Positions 33,901 through 46,470 of a stretch of DNA of 61,057 nucleotides are shown here, piece after piece. The stretch spans positions 124,001-185,057 of the forward strand of contig CDROCS010001093.1 in the NCBI GenBank assembly GCA_977020255.1, read 5' to 3'. The stretch comes from Obrimoposthia wandeli. Lineage: Eukaryota. Both the position numbers and the translations under genes were made by a program. Numbering within the stretch: position 1 is the first letter of the stretch; each line of letters starts with the position of its first letter. Below the pieces are notes generated by a model, which was given only the letters and a program-made list of their open reading frames with translations, was not told the origin of the DNA and did no database searches.

Positions 33901-35400
33901 TATCAATGAAGATGATGTAACAATCTGATGAAAATTATAATAATTAATATGTGAATTCTTATAATAATATGCTTGCTCTAAAGTCAACAGTTCATACACA
34001 CAGACGCATTTAAATAATTAAAATATCTTATCTCGTTTGATAACATTCCTTAATTGAAATATTTTAAAGTAATTAGATAAATTTGAATTCTTTATTTTCA
34101 AATAACTGGATTATAAAAATATATTCATAAATATAATTTGAAAACTATCATTATTCGTTTATATTTTTAAATATTTTTAAATATATTTATTTATACAAAT
34201 TTAGTAAATTAACTCAACAAAACAATTTATTCTCTGTGTATCGAATATTGCTAAATTATTTTCAAAAACATGAAAATAATAGTAAACAAACTGAAAGCTT
34301 TGTCAATAAATTATAATACCAAATCTTTAATCACATTGTTTAATATGTAAATAAAACAAATTGTTCGAACATATTAAATTATCATTTTAATACCTCAATA
34401 GATTATTCAACTTTCTAAATAATATTTTTACATTTATTTTATAAAATAGTAAAATTAAGAGTCTCAAGTGAATAAGAGTTAATAAGAGTTAGTGAGTATG
34501 GATTCAAATTATGCTAAGTGATAGCAAGAGTAATTATAAAAAATAAACAAATTAGAGTTACAGAAAATGAGTGAGGAAGTTTATAGTTCAATAATAATCA
34601 ACGCAAAATTAATATTTAATTATTTAACTTTAATTATTAGTTGACAACATCAAATATTTCGTAATACGAATATTCAATATATTTCAACAGTATAAAAAAT
34701 TATATGTTCTTATTTATGTGTTTTGTGTCCAGTGATTTTATCTTTAAACAACAACAAAAAACGTTTAAATTATAAAATCAATTGCTGCATGGCGGAGTGT
34801 GCTAACAACATAATTTACAAAGTGATGTTATTTTTCGAATATTAATGATTTTTTCATGTTATTTAATTTTTTTTAATTAAATATTCTAAAATTACTTGTC
34901 AAATGAATTCTTTTTTGCATATATTTACTTTATTATATTGAAATTTATTACTGTATTATTCCATTACATAAAGAGTAATTGATAGTTTACTGCTATTTAC
35001 AATTAAAAAATTTAATGCAACTTCAAACATGTAAATTTCAGTTGTGAGTTGATCAACTATAAATATTTTTATACAGTTTAATAAGTTTTACAACAAAAAC
35101 TTTAAATAGCTTACATTTTAATTATTATTTTAATGATTTGTACATTTACCGCTTTCTGAATACGATTGGTTAAAGTGTAATTCAATATTTTCTTTATTGC
35201 AGGTCATAATAGTTTACTGTTGTTTACACATTCTGGTAAGCATTTTGGTATTAATTGTTTTAAACTAGATTAACCTCGTGAAACCTCGTGTAACCTCAAG
35301 CCTACTATATTCCTTATCTTAAACTAAAATACATTTAAATATCCTTTTGTGGTATTAATTTACTTTGCTCAAGTATTTTAAACATTAAAAGTTATATAAA
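30947..35400 (+). mobile_element. Non-coding, satellite-rich repeat element starting AAAGTAGGTGGA (copy 1)
   Basis: 30947-31460 aligns with 57405-58345. The downstream AT-rich blocks align with 58800-61057. There is an internal ~870-bp duplication (33004/33872). The right boundary is uncertain. Confidence 0.65.
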
Positions 35401-36807
35401 AGTTTAATAAAAGGTAATCATTGAATACAAGTACATGAGTTCTAATATCACACAACATTCTAAACTGTATTCAATAGATTCTTTCTGAATATAAAATGTT
35501 GAATTTATTAGTGTGTATGAAATTATGCAAATATCCTTTTTTTTTTAAATTAGCCTTTTGTATATATTTATTCGTCAAATATTATGTTAGAATAGTGTTT
35601 AATATTTAATCTTTAGTTGTTTTTTTAAATATTAATTTCAAACTATTACATTTTAAACAAGTTCTTAAAAGCTCTAACAATAAAGCAAAATATGCAAACG
35701 GCAAAGCTAACTTAATTTTAATTATAGTGAAAATTGTTAACAAATATTCTTATTAACTAAAATTTATTAAATTCTATCAAACTACCGTTATTATAATCAC
35801 AGACAGAATTTGTTAGCATTCTAAAATGCTATTCAAGAAACTTGAATAACTGCAAATTAATTTATTATTCGAACTATGTATTTAAAATTAATATTTAACA
35901 GCTTTTTACTATTATTTATTTTATTCCCTTATCCATTATCCGAAATTTTGCTACTACAAATTATTATTTTGTAGATATAAAACAAATATTTATTATCCTT
36001 TTTTATTTTATTATGACATTTAAGTTGAGAAAGTTCGCTGAAGAACAGCTGGTATATAAACATTAAAATGTCTAAATATGATATTGATATTTATTTGCTT
36101 TCTGTGACTGATTAGAATGTCTTATCAATGTCCGGTCGCAATTTCATCAGAAGAAGAAGATGAGAACGCCTATATTCGTGATATCAAGACCACAAAGAAC
36201 TCTTTGAAAAAGCCGACTATATTCACATTCAACAAGATAAAATATGGGTATCGTGGCTGCTCAAATCAAAGCTTTCGTTTGGTAATTTTAAGTAAAAGCT
36301 TGATAAATATATTTTTTAAAATACACTGCCACCAATATTTAAAGTAAGCAGACAGTTATTGTAATTTTTAGGGGAAATATAACAATGACAAAATTTAATT
36401 GCAAATCAAAGTTTTATAAAACACATATTTGTTATTCGTAGTTATTTCACAGAAGATCAAAGAAAAGGTAATATTAAACTTGGTCAAAATCGAATTAATT
36501 TCAAGGAAAATATTAGCAAAATTGTTTCCCTGTTTCATTTTTCTAAATTCAAGAAATATACAACTTCGACCCCCATAAAGGGAAATAGGAAAACCCGAAA
36601 GTTGAACAAAGTAAAAAAATTAAATTATGTGTAATTGAAATTCAATTTTTCAATCATATAGTTAGGAATGAATGGGGACTTTGTAGAACCGTCATTAGGT
36701 TATCCATCGACAGACACATAAAATATATGGGAATATTAAGCAGACTCATATGTATTGAATAAACAGCATCGAAAAAAGTTAAATTTGCTAAAAAAAAATA
36801 CACAGTT

Positions 36808-37236
36808 AGTGAAAGTGAGTATGAGTGCAAGTGAGTGAGTGCAAGTGAGTGAGAGTGAGTGAGTGAGTGCAAGTGAGTGAGTGAGTGAGAGTGGGAGTGA
36901 GTGAGAGTGAGAGTGAGTGAGAGTGAGTGAGAGTGAGTGAGAGTGAGTGAGAGTGAGTGAGAGTGAGTGAGAGTGAGTGAGAGTGAGTGAGAGTGAGTGA
37001 GAGTGAGTGAGAGTGAGTGAGAGTGAGTGAGAGTGAGTGAGAGTGAGTGAGAGTGAGTGAGAGTGAGTGAGAGTGAGTGAGAGTGAGTGAGAGTGAGTGA
37101 GTGAGTGAGTGAGAGTGAGTGAGAGTGAGTGAGAGTGAGTGAGAGTGAGTGAGAGTGAGTGAGAGTGAGTGAGAGTGAGTGAGAGTGAGTGTGACTGAGT
37201 GACACTGAGTGAGACTGAATGAGAGTGAGTGAGTGA
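36808..37236 (+). repeat. (GAGTGAGTGA)n / (GAGT)n microsatellite
   Basis: Long, nearly perfect 10-bp array seen directly. Confidence 0.97.
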
Positions 37237-37329
37237 TTTGAATAATAAAACACTTTATCAAGAACAAACATATTTAATATGTAAGTTTTTTATTAAAAAT
37301 TTAAAGAAAGAAACTACTACAAATTTATT

Positions 37330-37830
37330 TTTGTGGCTTTTCATAGATTCTCTTTGATTTGGCGTTTGGACTGCTGATGAGTTTGGACCAAAAAAGATAA
37401 TGTCACTTACGAAAATATTACTTTGTTGATGGAAAAAGTGTCCCTAATATACAGCTTCACTTCTCTTGAAAAGTACAGACTGACACATGAGGTTTGAACT
37501 TATAGCAAATAAAATCATGAGTTACTTCTCAACTTTTTGTTAATTCGGCAAAGCGCACATTCTCAAGGGCATTTCGGTTGCATAATAAAACTGATTTGTG
37601 GGAATTGTCTCATGCTTGAGGGAGAAGTATACTTTGTCATCCATTATTATTTCTGGATCACTGATTTCGCATAATACTTTTGTAAAGTTGATAAACTCGA
37701 ATTCTTAATGAAGATTGTTTGGTTTTATATGGTTGTTGGAATTTTCTCCTCAAATATCTTAGCACAATGTTTAGCACTGGGTATTTTATTATACAGTACG
37801 TAATAAATTAATAAGTTTGTTTAAATGCAT
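37330..37830 (-). pseudogene. Tc1/mariner-superfamily transposase remnant
   Basis: The minus strand has IMDDKVYF (MDDEKYF-like) followed by a decayed FxxKxKFxxKVLVW-like segment. Confidence 0.5.
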
Positions 37831-37848
37831 CATTTTCTATGCATAGTA

Positions 37849-38104
37849 CAGTCAGACCTCTACATAACGAACACCAAATTTTCAAAAAATTCCATGTTCG
37901 TTAAAAAAAGGAACGAACAATTTAATAAACTTTTATTTATAAAACAAAATAAACTACAATAAGACATGTATTTATTTTTTCCTAACTTGTTTTTCAATTC
38001 TTGGGTAGCAATAACGCCTTCAAAACAGTTTTTTTTTTTTTTTTACCGTTCGTTAAAAAAAAGTGTTCGTTATGTAGAGTGTTCGTTATGTAGAGGTCTG
38101 ACTG
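37849..38104. mobile_element. 256-bp pogo/Tigger-like MITE
   Basis: Perfect 26-bp TIRs CAGTCAGACCTCTACATAACGAACAC (37849-37874 and 38079-38104), a TA TSD and a subterminal duplication at the right end. Confidence 0.95.
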
Positions 38105-38409
38105 TATTATCTTTCCAATGTGGATAAATACAACAAATTGGTAAACATTATAAATTAACATTCCAAACACAAATGAAATGGAGATTCAGTTGCATTTGAC
38201 AATAGTCTGGAAGGAAATGGAATTAAATATCGATGTTGAAAATTCATATAAGAAAACAATCTACAAGTGGAAGATTACAGAACTCAGGAGAATGTTTATG
38301 TAATTTACGTTTTGAGCGAATGTTAGTTCTAATTAACAGTGTTTTGTTATAAATAACCTTCCTATATTATTTAAAGACATCTTAAAATAAATGTTATGAT
38401 GCATTAGAC

Positions 38410-38631
38410 CAGCGGTTTCCAACCTGTGGGTCGCCTGACAATTTGCCTGGAGTCGCCTAAGGCAGCAAGGCCTTTTAAAAAGTTGTTTTAAAAAAATCAT
38501 TGTGCCAATAAATTTTTTGTAGTTAAAATATATGAAATTTTTGTGTTGATAAAATTATTTATCCTAGGGGTCACCGCAACTTGGCAAATGTTATCAAGGG
38601 GTCACCGCACCAGAAAGGTTGGGAACCGCTG
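38410..38631. mobile_element. 222-bp hAT (Charlie/Buster-like) MITE
   Basis: 16-bp TIRs CAGCGGTT(T/C)CCAACCT with one mismatch. The 8-bp TSD CATTAGAC/CATTAGAA matches at 7/8. Confidence 0.92.
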
Positions 38632-40298
38632 CATTAGAAGAAACAGTGATACTAATAGTTAGATGGATGCATCGATGTTAGGCCACATTAAAATGCATCT
38701 CATTTTAAGTCTGTACATATTACAACAGATTCTTACAGAAAAAGGTTGTAAGATTTTTCAGAATGTTTACTTATGTTATGTCAAAAAAATTAGACTATCA
38801 CAACCACAAGAAAATGAAAGATCTGTTTCTCAAAATAAGTTTCAAAATGACTTTTTATTTCTTCGTTACCTAACGTTATAAGATAAGCGTGTGAACTGTT
38901 ACAAGAGGTGGTGGATTAGAAAAAAATACGAAAATATGTGTTACGGAATTTTTGGACATTTTCTTAGCAGACATTCATCTGAGAATTTTCTTTAAAGAGT
39001 GCATCCTTTTTTTTCTGATTAACCTTTTGTCAGCTGTGTTTTTCTCCGTGTCGGCTGTGTCCAGTTTATTTTTTCAAACCCTTTTAAGTTGGAATGAAAC
39101 TTATTTTGCTCTTAACCTTGGCTCACTAAAGTTAATTCATGGCCTGAATTTGGCTCTGATCAATAAGGGGAGAAACACTGAATACTTACATTTTTTTAAT
39201 TCTATGTTAATACTGACTGTGAAAAATTGAATTTAAGTTGGGCATAGTTGAATATTTGATTTTTAATTTGAGTCTAATGCACAAATGAATCTCACAGAAT
39301 ATACAAAATTGATAAAAAATAAAATTCAAACTTAACTGTTAGAATTAGTATTATTATTCATGTGTTTAGTGTATCAATAAAAAGCACCATTCTAAGAAAA
39401 TAGATTTTTCGATTTTAAGCTGATGAAGAGTTTATGCGTTGGTCTTAAACAGTGATTTTTAATTATAATGAATATGCCTCCCTGAAATAAATCTCTAATT
39501 GATCACTATTGAGTGATTCTAATATTTTCTAAATATTTGAAGCTTCCACTGGAGGTACTCAATCCCAGTTTCAATCGATGGTAGGACATCTGATTGCCTA
39601 CATATTTAACTATACTTAACTGAAGGTTAAAATATTTGTAAAGTTTTAGTGATGAAGCAGTTAGGCACAAAACAAAAAAAATAAAAATTAGGTATCCTAA
39701 AGAAAAATAAAAAAAACACAATATAATCAATACAATATAGTGTGTATTCTTACTATAACTTATGGAACAAACGTTCCTTGCCTTTGCATAAGTTAAACGC
39801 AATTATAAATGTATTCAACAAAATGTTAAAGTCGAAAATTGAAGTTCGTATTTAAAAGGAAATTAGAACATAATCTAAAATTTCCGAAGATAATTAAAAT
39901 AATATAAAAAAATAAAACAGTTTTAATATAAAGTTAGTCACTTTAAAAGAAAAAGGAAATAATCCAAAAAGATTGTTTACCAATTTTATTTTAAAAATAC
40001 AAGAAATAAAAACCTTTTTGTAAAATAAATTTCTGAAAACCCTATTACTAAAATTAAACAAAACATTTAAAAGCTGAAAATAAAATATGCTAGATAGCAA
40101 AAATAAAAACTACAAATTTCGAAACAACCATACTGAAAAAACACGAGAATTATAATCGAACATAGAAAACAAATCTAGTAAAATTTTATAAAGATGGTAA
40201 AGAAACTACCGCACTATAAGTTAGAAGCTTACACTCAAATCTTTACTACAAAAAAAACCTACCTAGATTTAAATTTTCTATTTATTCAAATTATTGTA

Positions 40299-41250
40299 AT
40301 GGAGACGATAGGGTTCAATCCGAAAGATCCAATTGGATATACATAAGTTTCTACATTGACAAAAAGAACACGAAAGAATCACAAGACAACCCAGAAATAG
40401 CCGAGCAATCAGTAAACTTACAGTCTGAACAAGCCGTGGAGGAGAAGGTTTCCAACAAATGCATACAAAACCAGTGGGCCTAATAATCTATGGTGAATGT
40501 ATTTGAGGGAGACGATTCCATATTCTTCCATTAAAAATGGACATAGATATATTTTACCATGTATTGATGTATTTAGCAGATTAGCAGTTAAAGCAAAGTC
40601 TTCGAATTGAATGCTTGAAGCTATTAAAGAAATATTAAAAATGCCAATCTGTGAAATGTGCAAACCTATTTAGGAAAAGAATTTTATAATCAAGAAGTTC
40701 AATCATTATTTAAATAATTTAACCTAAATCACTACTTTGTATTTGTGCAATACAAAGCAGCTTTAGTAGAAAGATTTAATTGTACTTAAAGAGATTGTTT
40801 AAAGACGTATTTCACAAAAGAAGGAAATAAAAAGTAGATACAAGTTTTACTCAAAATAATACATGCCTATAACCACTCAGAACATAGAAGTCTCAAGAAA
40901 ATGAGACCAGTAGATGTTACGGATAAAAAATCAATTGATTTTTGGAAAAATAGAAATAAAATAAGAAAATATTAGGAAGGCAAAATATAAGAAAAGCGAA
41001 TATATTTAAATATATAAAGAAATTGATCAGAATTTGATAAGTAAAATTAATCAAAAAATTAATCCAATAATGTATAATATTAAAGATGCTGATCTAGGAA
41101 CAAATAACTAGAAGTAATATCAAATAAACCTAACGTATTTCATATTCCAAAAATATTAAAATATAAGGTTTCTTGTAAACATAAAAGTTATGTTTTCTAT
41201 TGCAGGCTTAATTCAAAAAAGTTAGATTCCACAAACACAATTTATATTAA
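40299..41250 (+). pseudogene. INT: Polinton integrase remnant (copy E) with the C-terminal half and a chromodomain-like tail
   Basis: ATG 40299 METIGFNPKDPIG, GKEFYNQEVQSLF, HYF...KAALVERFN, AYNHSEHRSLKKMRPVDV, P.MYNIKD and KPNVFHIPKILKYK. It has many stops. Confidence 0.85.
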
Positions 41251-41559
41251 TACATGTATACAGGGGATTTTATGAACAAGTAATGCCGGTAAGATATTTC
41301 CGGTTTCTGATTACATAACTGTAATATTAGATATATCAGTCTATAACATGTAGACAAAATTACAGTTTTGAATTTATAACTTTTAAATTATAACCTATAT
41401 GTTTAACAAGAGTCATATTTTAAGTTATAACGTTGCTTCATATTTAAGGGTAGTTAAAGGCAAGAGTTAAAATTAACTTTTAGGCAAAATATTTGGAAAT
41501 TCTTGCAAGACCAAGGAACTGGTTTGGTGCTTCTGCTGAGATACGTTAAACATCCTTGG

Positions 41560-42600
41560 GTATAGGAAGCATGACCTCTCTTTTCTCCTGACATCCAGCC
41601 TATCAAGTAGCCATTTAAAGTCTTGTCACCCGCTCTAAGAGATATTCAAAATTAAGCATAAGTAGGGTACTTTTTAGAAGTCATAGTCATCGACTTTCTG
41701 TGAACTCTCAAAATTTTTGACCCCTGCTTGTCCTCTTTCTACATTTTGATACTGTAATTTCAGGAATAGTTTCGTTATGATAATTTTAGACCACATACCT
41801 ACGTTGAGCTCAGATGTATTCAGATTATTACACAATAAAACTGATATGCCCATGAAACTTGCCCACCTTCCCACGTTTGACGGAGAGAACTCCTCCAAAT
41901 ATAATCACAATGAGAATGTGAAAGCTGATAGTGATATATTTAAGAACTCAAATATAGATACAATTTATCGCCCTACTAATTCAATGGGACGCTCTATCAA
42001 TCTTATTCTTTTAGAAAAAATCAATAAGTTTTATCATGTAGCAGTTTCAAAACGGAACAGGCTGCATAATTTTCGACGGAGCTTTTTCCCAATTATTCAA
42101 TGCAAGTATGGTCATAAGTGCCTGCATGTATTTGGGCGACCCATTGGTTATGTTAAATATCTGTCACTTTATAGATGCAATTTGCATCATACACGCCCGA
42201 GAATAAGTTCATTGAGTTAATGAATTTCTCAAACACCAACTCTTCTCTTATCGCTATGTATGCTGACTTCGAAGTTCTCGTATTCACCATCAGCAGCATC
42301 TTACCATTGCAGCAGACATAGTGCTGTCTTCCATCAAAGCAACTCCTGCACAAATCTGCTCATTTTGTAGTGAAGAATCCTTTAGTGGATTTTCTAAAGA
42401 AAATTGAAACGCTTGCGCGGAGAATCTGTATTATCGTGGTAAAGGCAGTACGCGATCGAAATTAAGCGCCTATAAGATTAGTGAAGGTAGCTAGTTTCAG
42501 TTATGCTATTACCTCTTATCTTTGCAACAAGAGATCTGTAAACAAGATGAAATAAAATGATTGGGCTGGAGAATATTTAGTGCAATTTATCACGACATAT
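41560..42600 (+). pseudogene. POLB: pPolB N-terminal remnant of a more divergent Polinton subfamily
   Basis: IFKNSNIDTIYR...INLILLEKINKFYHVAV...QCKYGHKCLHVF and MYADFEV (about 42257) are homologous at the protein level to 18690-19040 but clearly more divergent than copies A, B and D. Confidence 0.7.
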
Positions 42601-43708
42601 TTATTTTTGAACCAAAAGTGTGTATCGTATCCTTACAAGAGCTGATTTAGAGTGGGTGGAGGTCAAACAACCACTTTGAAACCTACTTTAACCTACGTGT
42701 TCATACTGGTTCACACAGAAGTGATAGTTTAAGGACGAAACATTAAAACAGAATTTACTGTAGACAGTTAGATAACTTTGAGAACGCAAACCAGAAGAGG
42801 AATTGACCTCAACCGCATCAACGTTTTTCAAGAAAATACAATTTCCCACATACGATTGCCAAAATCATCAAAATTGGTTTGGAACTTATGGCTCATCCAC
42901 TTGACTCCTTTCACCTTTAGATTACATTGTAGAATACGATTCAATAAAAATGTTACGAAATGTGCACATACACAGGGCTATTGACCGGGGGTCTAATAAA
43001 AAAGAAGTGGACTTCTATAGTAGAGGAATCCTTAAATTACACATTCGTAGGATAAAGTATGTTGCCAATGCCACGATTACTTTGGACTATGGACGATACG
43101 GAAGATGCAGAAGGGTAGTATATAGCGATGATTCTGACCCATTGCCACAACCAGACCCACACTCCCGAGAGAGAGAGGGAGGAGTATTGGCTAGTTAGGG
43201 ATGAAAATTTATCAACAATAAGTAGATCCTAATTGTGTTGTTGTCTCGTTTTTGGAGCTGCCTGGTGCAGGGAGTCCTGCATTACTGAGCAGCAGTTTTG
43301 ATGATGAAATAGGTTACAAGAAGTATTTTTCAAAACTATATAGAAATTGATACAGTAAAATAAAAAGCATTTTATAACGATTTTCATTTTGATGATAAGC
43401 TTTGATATCTTTAAAACGTCATTTAACTATTGAAACAATTTTTTTAAAATCTTATTGTTGTGATAATTGAAGAGTTCTACAATCTTTGTTTCAATTAGTT
43501 CAGAAGAAAAATAAATAAACGTGACAATATATTTTCGAACATTCAATCTCAGAGCACATGACATGTCAAGAGTATTTAAAAGATTCTATATGCCAAAATG
43601 CAATTTCATAAATGAATTTATGATTAAAATAAAAATATATATCACTAGTTAACTAATCAAATTATTTCTGTATATCTATGTATATGCCAGTATTGGTTCT
43701 GTATATAC

Positions 43709-46470
43709 CAGGAGTTCTCAACCGGGAGCTGTATAGCACCCTGGGGACCATGGGACTTTCCAGAGAGCCATGTGAAATAAAATAATAAATGGGGGAGCCA
43801 CAGGAAAATCCAGAGGGGCCATGGCAGTTTTACTTTAACTTGTTTTCATAATTCACATTTCATAGTTCATTTCAAAATTTTCCTATATATTTTATTTCCA
43901 TATTTATTTATTAGAACATAGTACTGAAATATTTTGATATCGTTCTCTTTTAAAGGATTACAGCGAACGATTTAGTTTAGTGACAACCTCTACTTCGTTG
44001 GTAATTGTCACGTTGGTACAAGCGTGTTGATGGGATTATCTTAACAAAGAAAACTCAGTCGTTTACTATAAAATTGATTATATTGATGACATAAAAAGTA
44101 TAGATAATGAGTATATATTGATATGTAATTACAATATGTTAAATACGCTACCTGATTGTCTGAATATCATTATTTGTATTTATATTTTTTGTGAAAAAAG
44201 ATATTTAATAAAAGAATTTGTTAAGTATACAATAAATGTTGGCTTAATTTTCTTTAAAAGGATAAATTTTTGTTCATTCTTTAAAATGCAATTAAATTTG
44301 TAAAAATTAAACAATGGTTCATAATAAAGAAATATTTTTGTTCAAAACCTATATAAGAAATTTTTTACTTTATAATTTTTATTATTTAAAAAATATATAT
44401 TTTCATGTGAGTTTACATTTTGATATTTTTATAATTTTTATCCTTATCTTATCAACAGTATCTCTACAGATGATAAATTTCAATTTTATTATTTAAAAAT
44501 ATATATTTTAGACTCCATGGCTGCTTTGACGAAGAAGAAATGCAGACAGCATTCAGTTGAATATTTATCCTATGGATTTATTACATCAACAGACAATGTT
44601 TTAAAACCGATGTGTCTCAAATGTTTAGCAACATTGTCAAATGAAAGCAAGAGTTCATCAACGCTTCAAAATCAATTACAAACTATACATAAAGAAAGTA
44701 AAGATAAACCCATTAGATTATTTTAAGAAACCACGCGATGATTTTAAAGCAAGAAAAACTATAGGACAGACATTTAACAGACAAATAGATAAACAAGGTA
44801 AAGGGTTACTGGCATCTTATGAGATCTCAAAAATAATAGCAAAAGCAGGAAAGCCTCACGATATAGGTGAAACTGTAATTTGGCCTACAATGGCTGTTGT
44901 AATTTCTACTGTAATGAATCAAAAAGCACGTTCCATTATTAATTCAATTTCACTGAGTAATTCATCGGTTTCAAGAAAATTTTATGAAATGGCTGAAGAT
45001 GTAGAAAAGCAACTTGTCTCTCAATTGCAAGTAAAACAATTTGGACTTCAACTTGACGAATCTACTTTGAGAGATAATGAAGCCATGTTATTGGCGTATG
45101 TTAGATTTCTCGACAAAGATCACCTAAGAGAGGAAATGCTGTTGTCCAATACTCTTAAAACAGACACTAAAAGTGAAACAATTGTCAAAGAAGTTGTTGT
45201 TTATTTCAAGGAAAACAATATTCCACTCTAGAATATAATTTCTTGTGCCGCTGATAGTGCACCATCAATGGTTGAAAGGTACAAAGGTTTCATTGCACAC
45301 TTGAAAAATATTTTACCTGGAGTATTTTGTATACACTGTGTGATCCACAGACAACATTTGGTCGCTAAACATTTGAGTGGTCGTCTGAATGATTCCTTAA
45401 AAATTGTCATAACATCTGTTATTCATATCAAATGTTCTTAAAGACCGTATATTTCGTGAACTTTGTCGTCAAAATGGTGAAGAATATGAACACATTGTAA
45501 TGCATACAGAGGTACAATGGTTATCGAAAGGCAATTGTCTTTGTGGCTTTGATGAACTTTGGCACTCAATTATTTAATTTCTTGATAACAACCAACTCGG
45601 AAAACAGTTGGTTGTAGTGCGGTGGGATTTATTTTATTTATCAGAAAAATTCGAAAAGCTGAATATTCTTAATAAGCAAGTACAAGGTAAAATTGTGATT
45701 TAATATCATGTAAAAAATTTGTTTCTGCGTTCCTCACAAAACTTAAACTGTTCAGAATCAATATAGCCCGTCATGAATTAAAACAATTTCCACTTTTGTA
45801 TTCTATCAGTAATGGACTGAATGATGATAACCTTACTGTGTGTGTTGAGCATTTGAAAAATTTGTATGAAGAATTGCAAATTACGTTTAGTGACTTACTA
45901 GAAACAAATATACCGACCTGGGTAAAAAGTCCTTTTGAGGTCAAAACCGCTGATATAGACATTGCTTTGCCAGAGAGTCTTGTTGGATTGCAAAATGATG
46001 AGGCAGCCAAGTTCGATATAAAGAAGGGAGGAATAATATATGGAAAAGAGGTGAAATTGCTATAAAATATCCACTTCTTTGGGAAAAAGCGAAATTATAC
46101 GTTATTGCATTCCCCACATCCTTGTCAAAACTGGATTTAGCTGTGTTTTTCATTTACTGTCTAAATCGCGTAACCGGCTTGACATTATAAATAATAGGTG
46201 ACCTTCGTTTATATTTGACAATATTAGAACCTGATATTAAAAAGCTTGCAGATAAACATCAAGCACAGGGATATCATTAAATTTTATTTAGCATTCTTAT
46301 GTTACTATTTATTTATGAATTATAATTTATTTTGATAAAATTTATTTTTATTTGACTCATAATTTATACAAAAGTTTTTTTTAATTATGTTTCCATTAAA
46401 AGCTATGGGGGCCCCCAAATAATTATCATTCAAAAGGGGGCCATGGATGGAAAAAAGTTGAGAACCCCTG
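43709..46470 (+). mobile_element. hAT Buster/Charlie-type transposon (2762 bp), decayed
   Basis: TIRs CAGGAGTTCTCAAC / revcomp CAGGGGTTCTCAAC. The 8-bp TSD GTATATAC/GTCTGTAC matches at 6/8. Confidence 0.92.
44517..46280 (+). pseudogene. Buster/Charlie (ZBED8/SCAND3-like) transposase pseudogene
   Basis: Has zf-BED KKKCRQ..EYLSYGF...PMCLKC, FGLQLDEST, LLAYVRF, ADSAPSM, HCVIHRQHL, HTEVQWLSKG and a C-terminal RNRLDI...GDLRL...HQAQG. It has multiple frameshifts and stops. Confidence 0.93.

Noticed and set aside
36654-37271. His/Ser/Leu-rich ORFs (THSHSLSL repeats)
   Set aside because: They are translations of the GAGTGAGTGA microsatellite.
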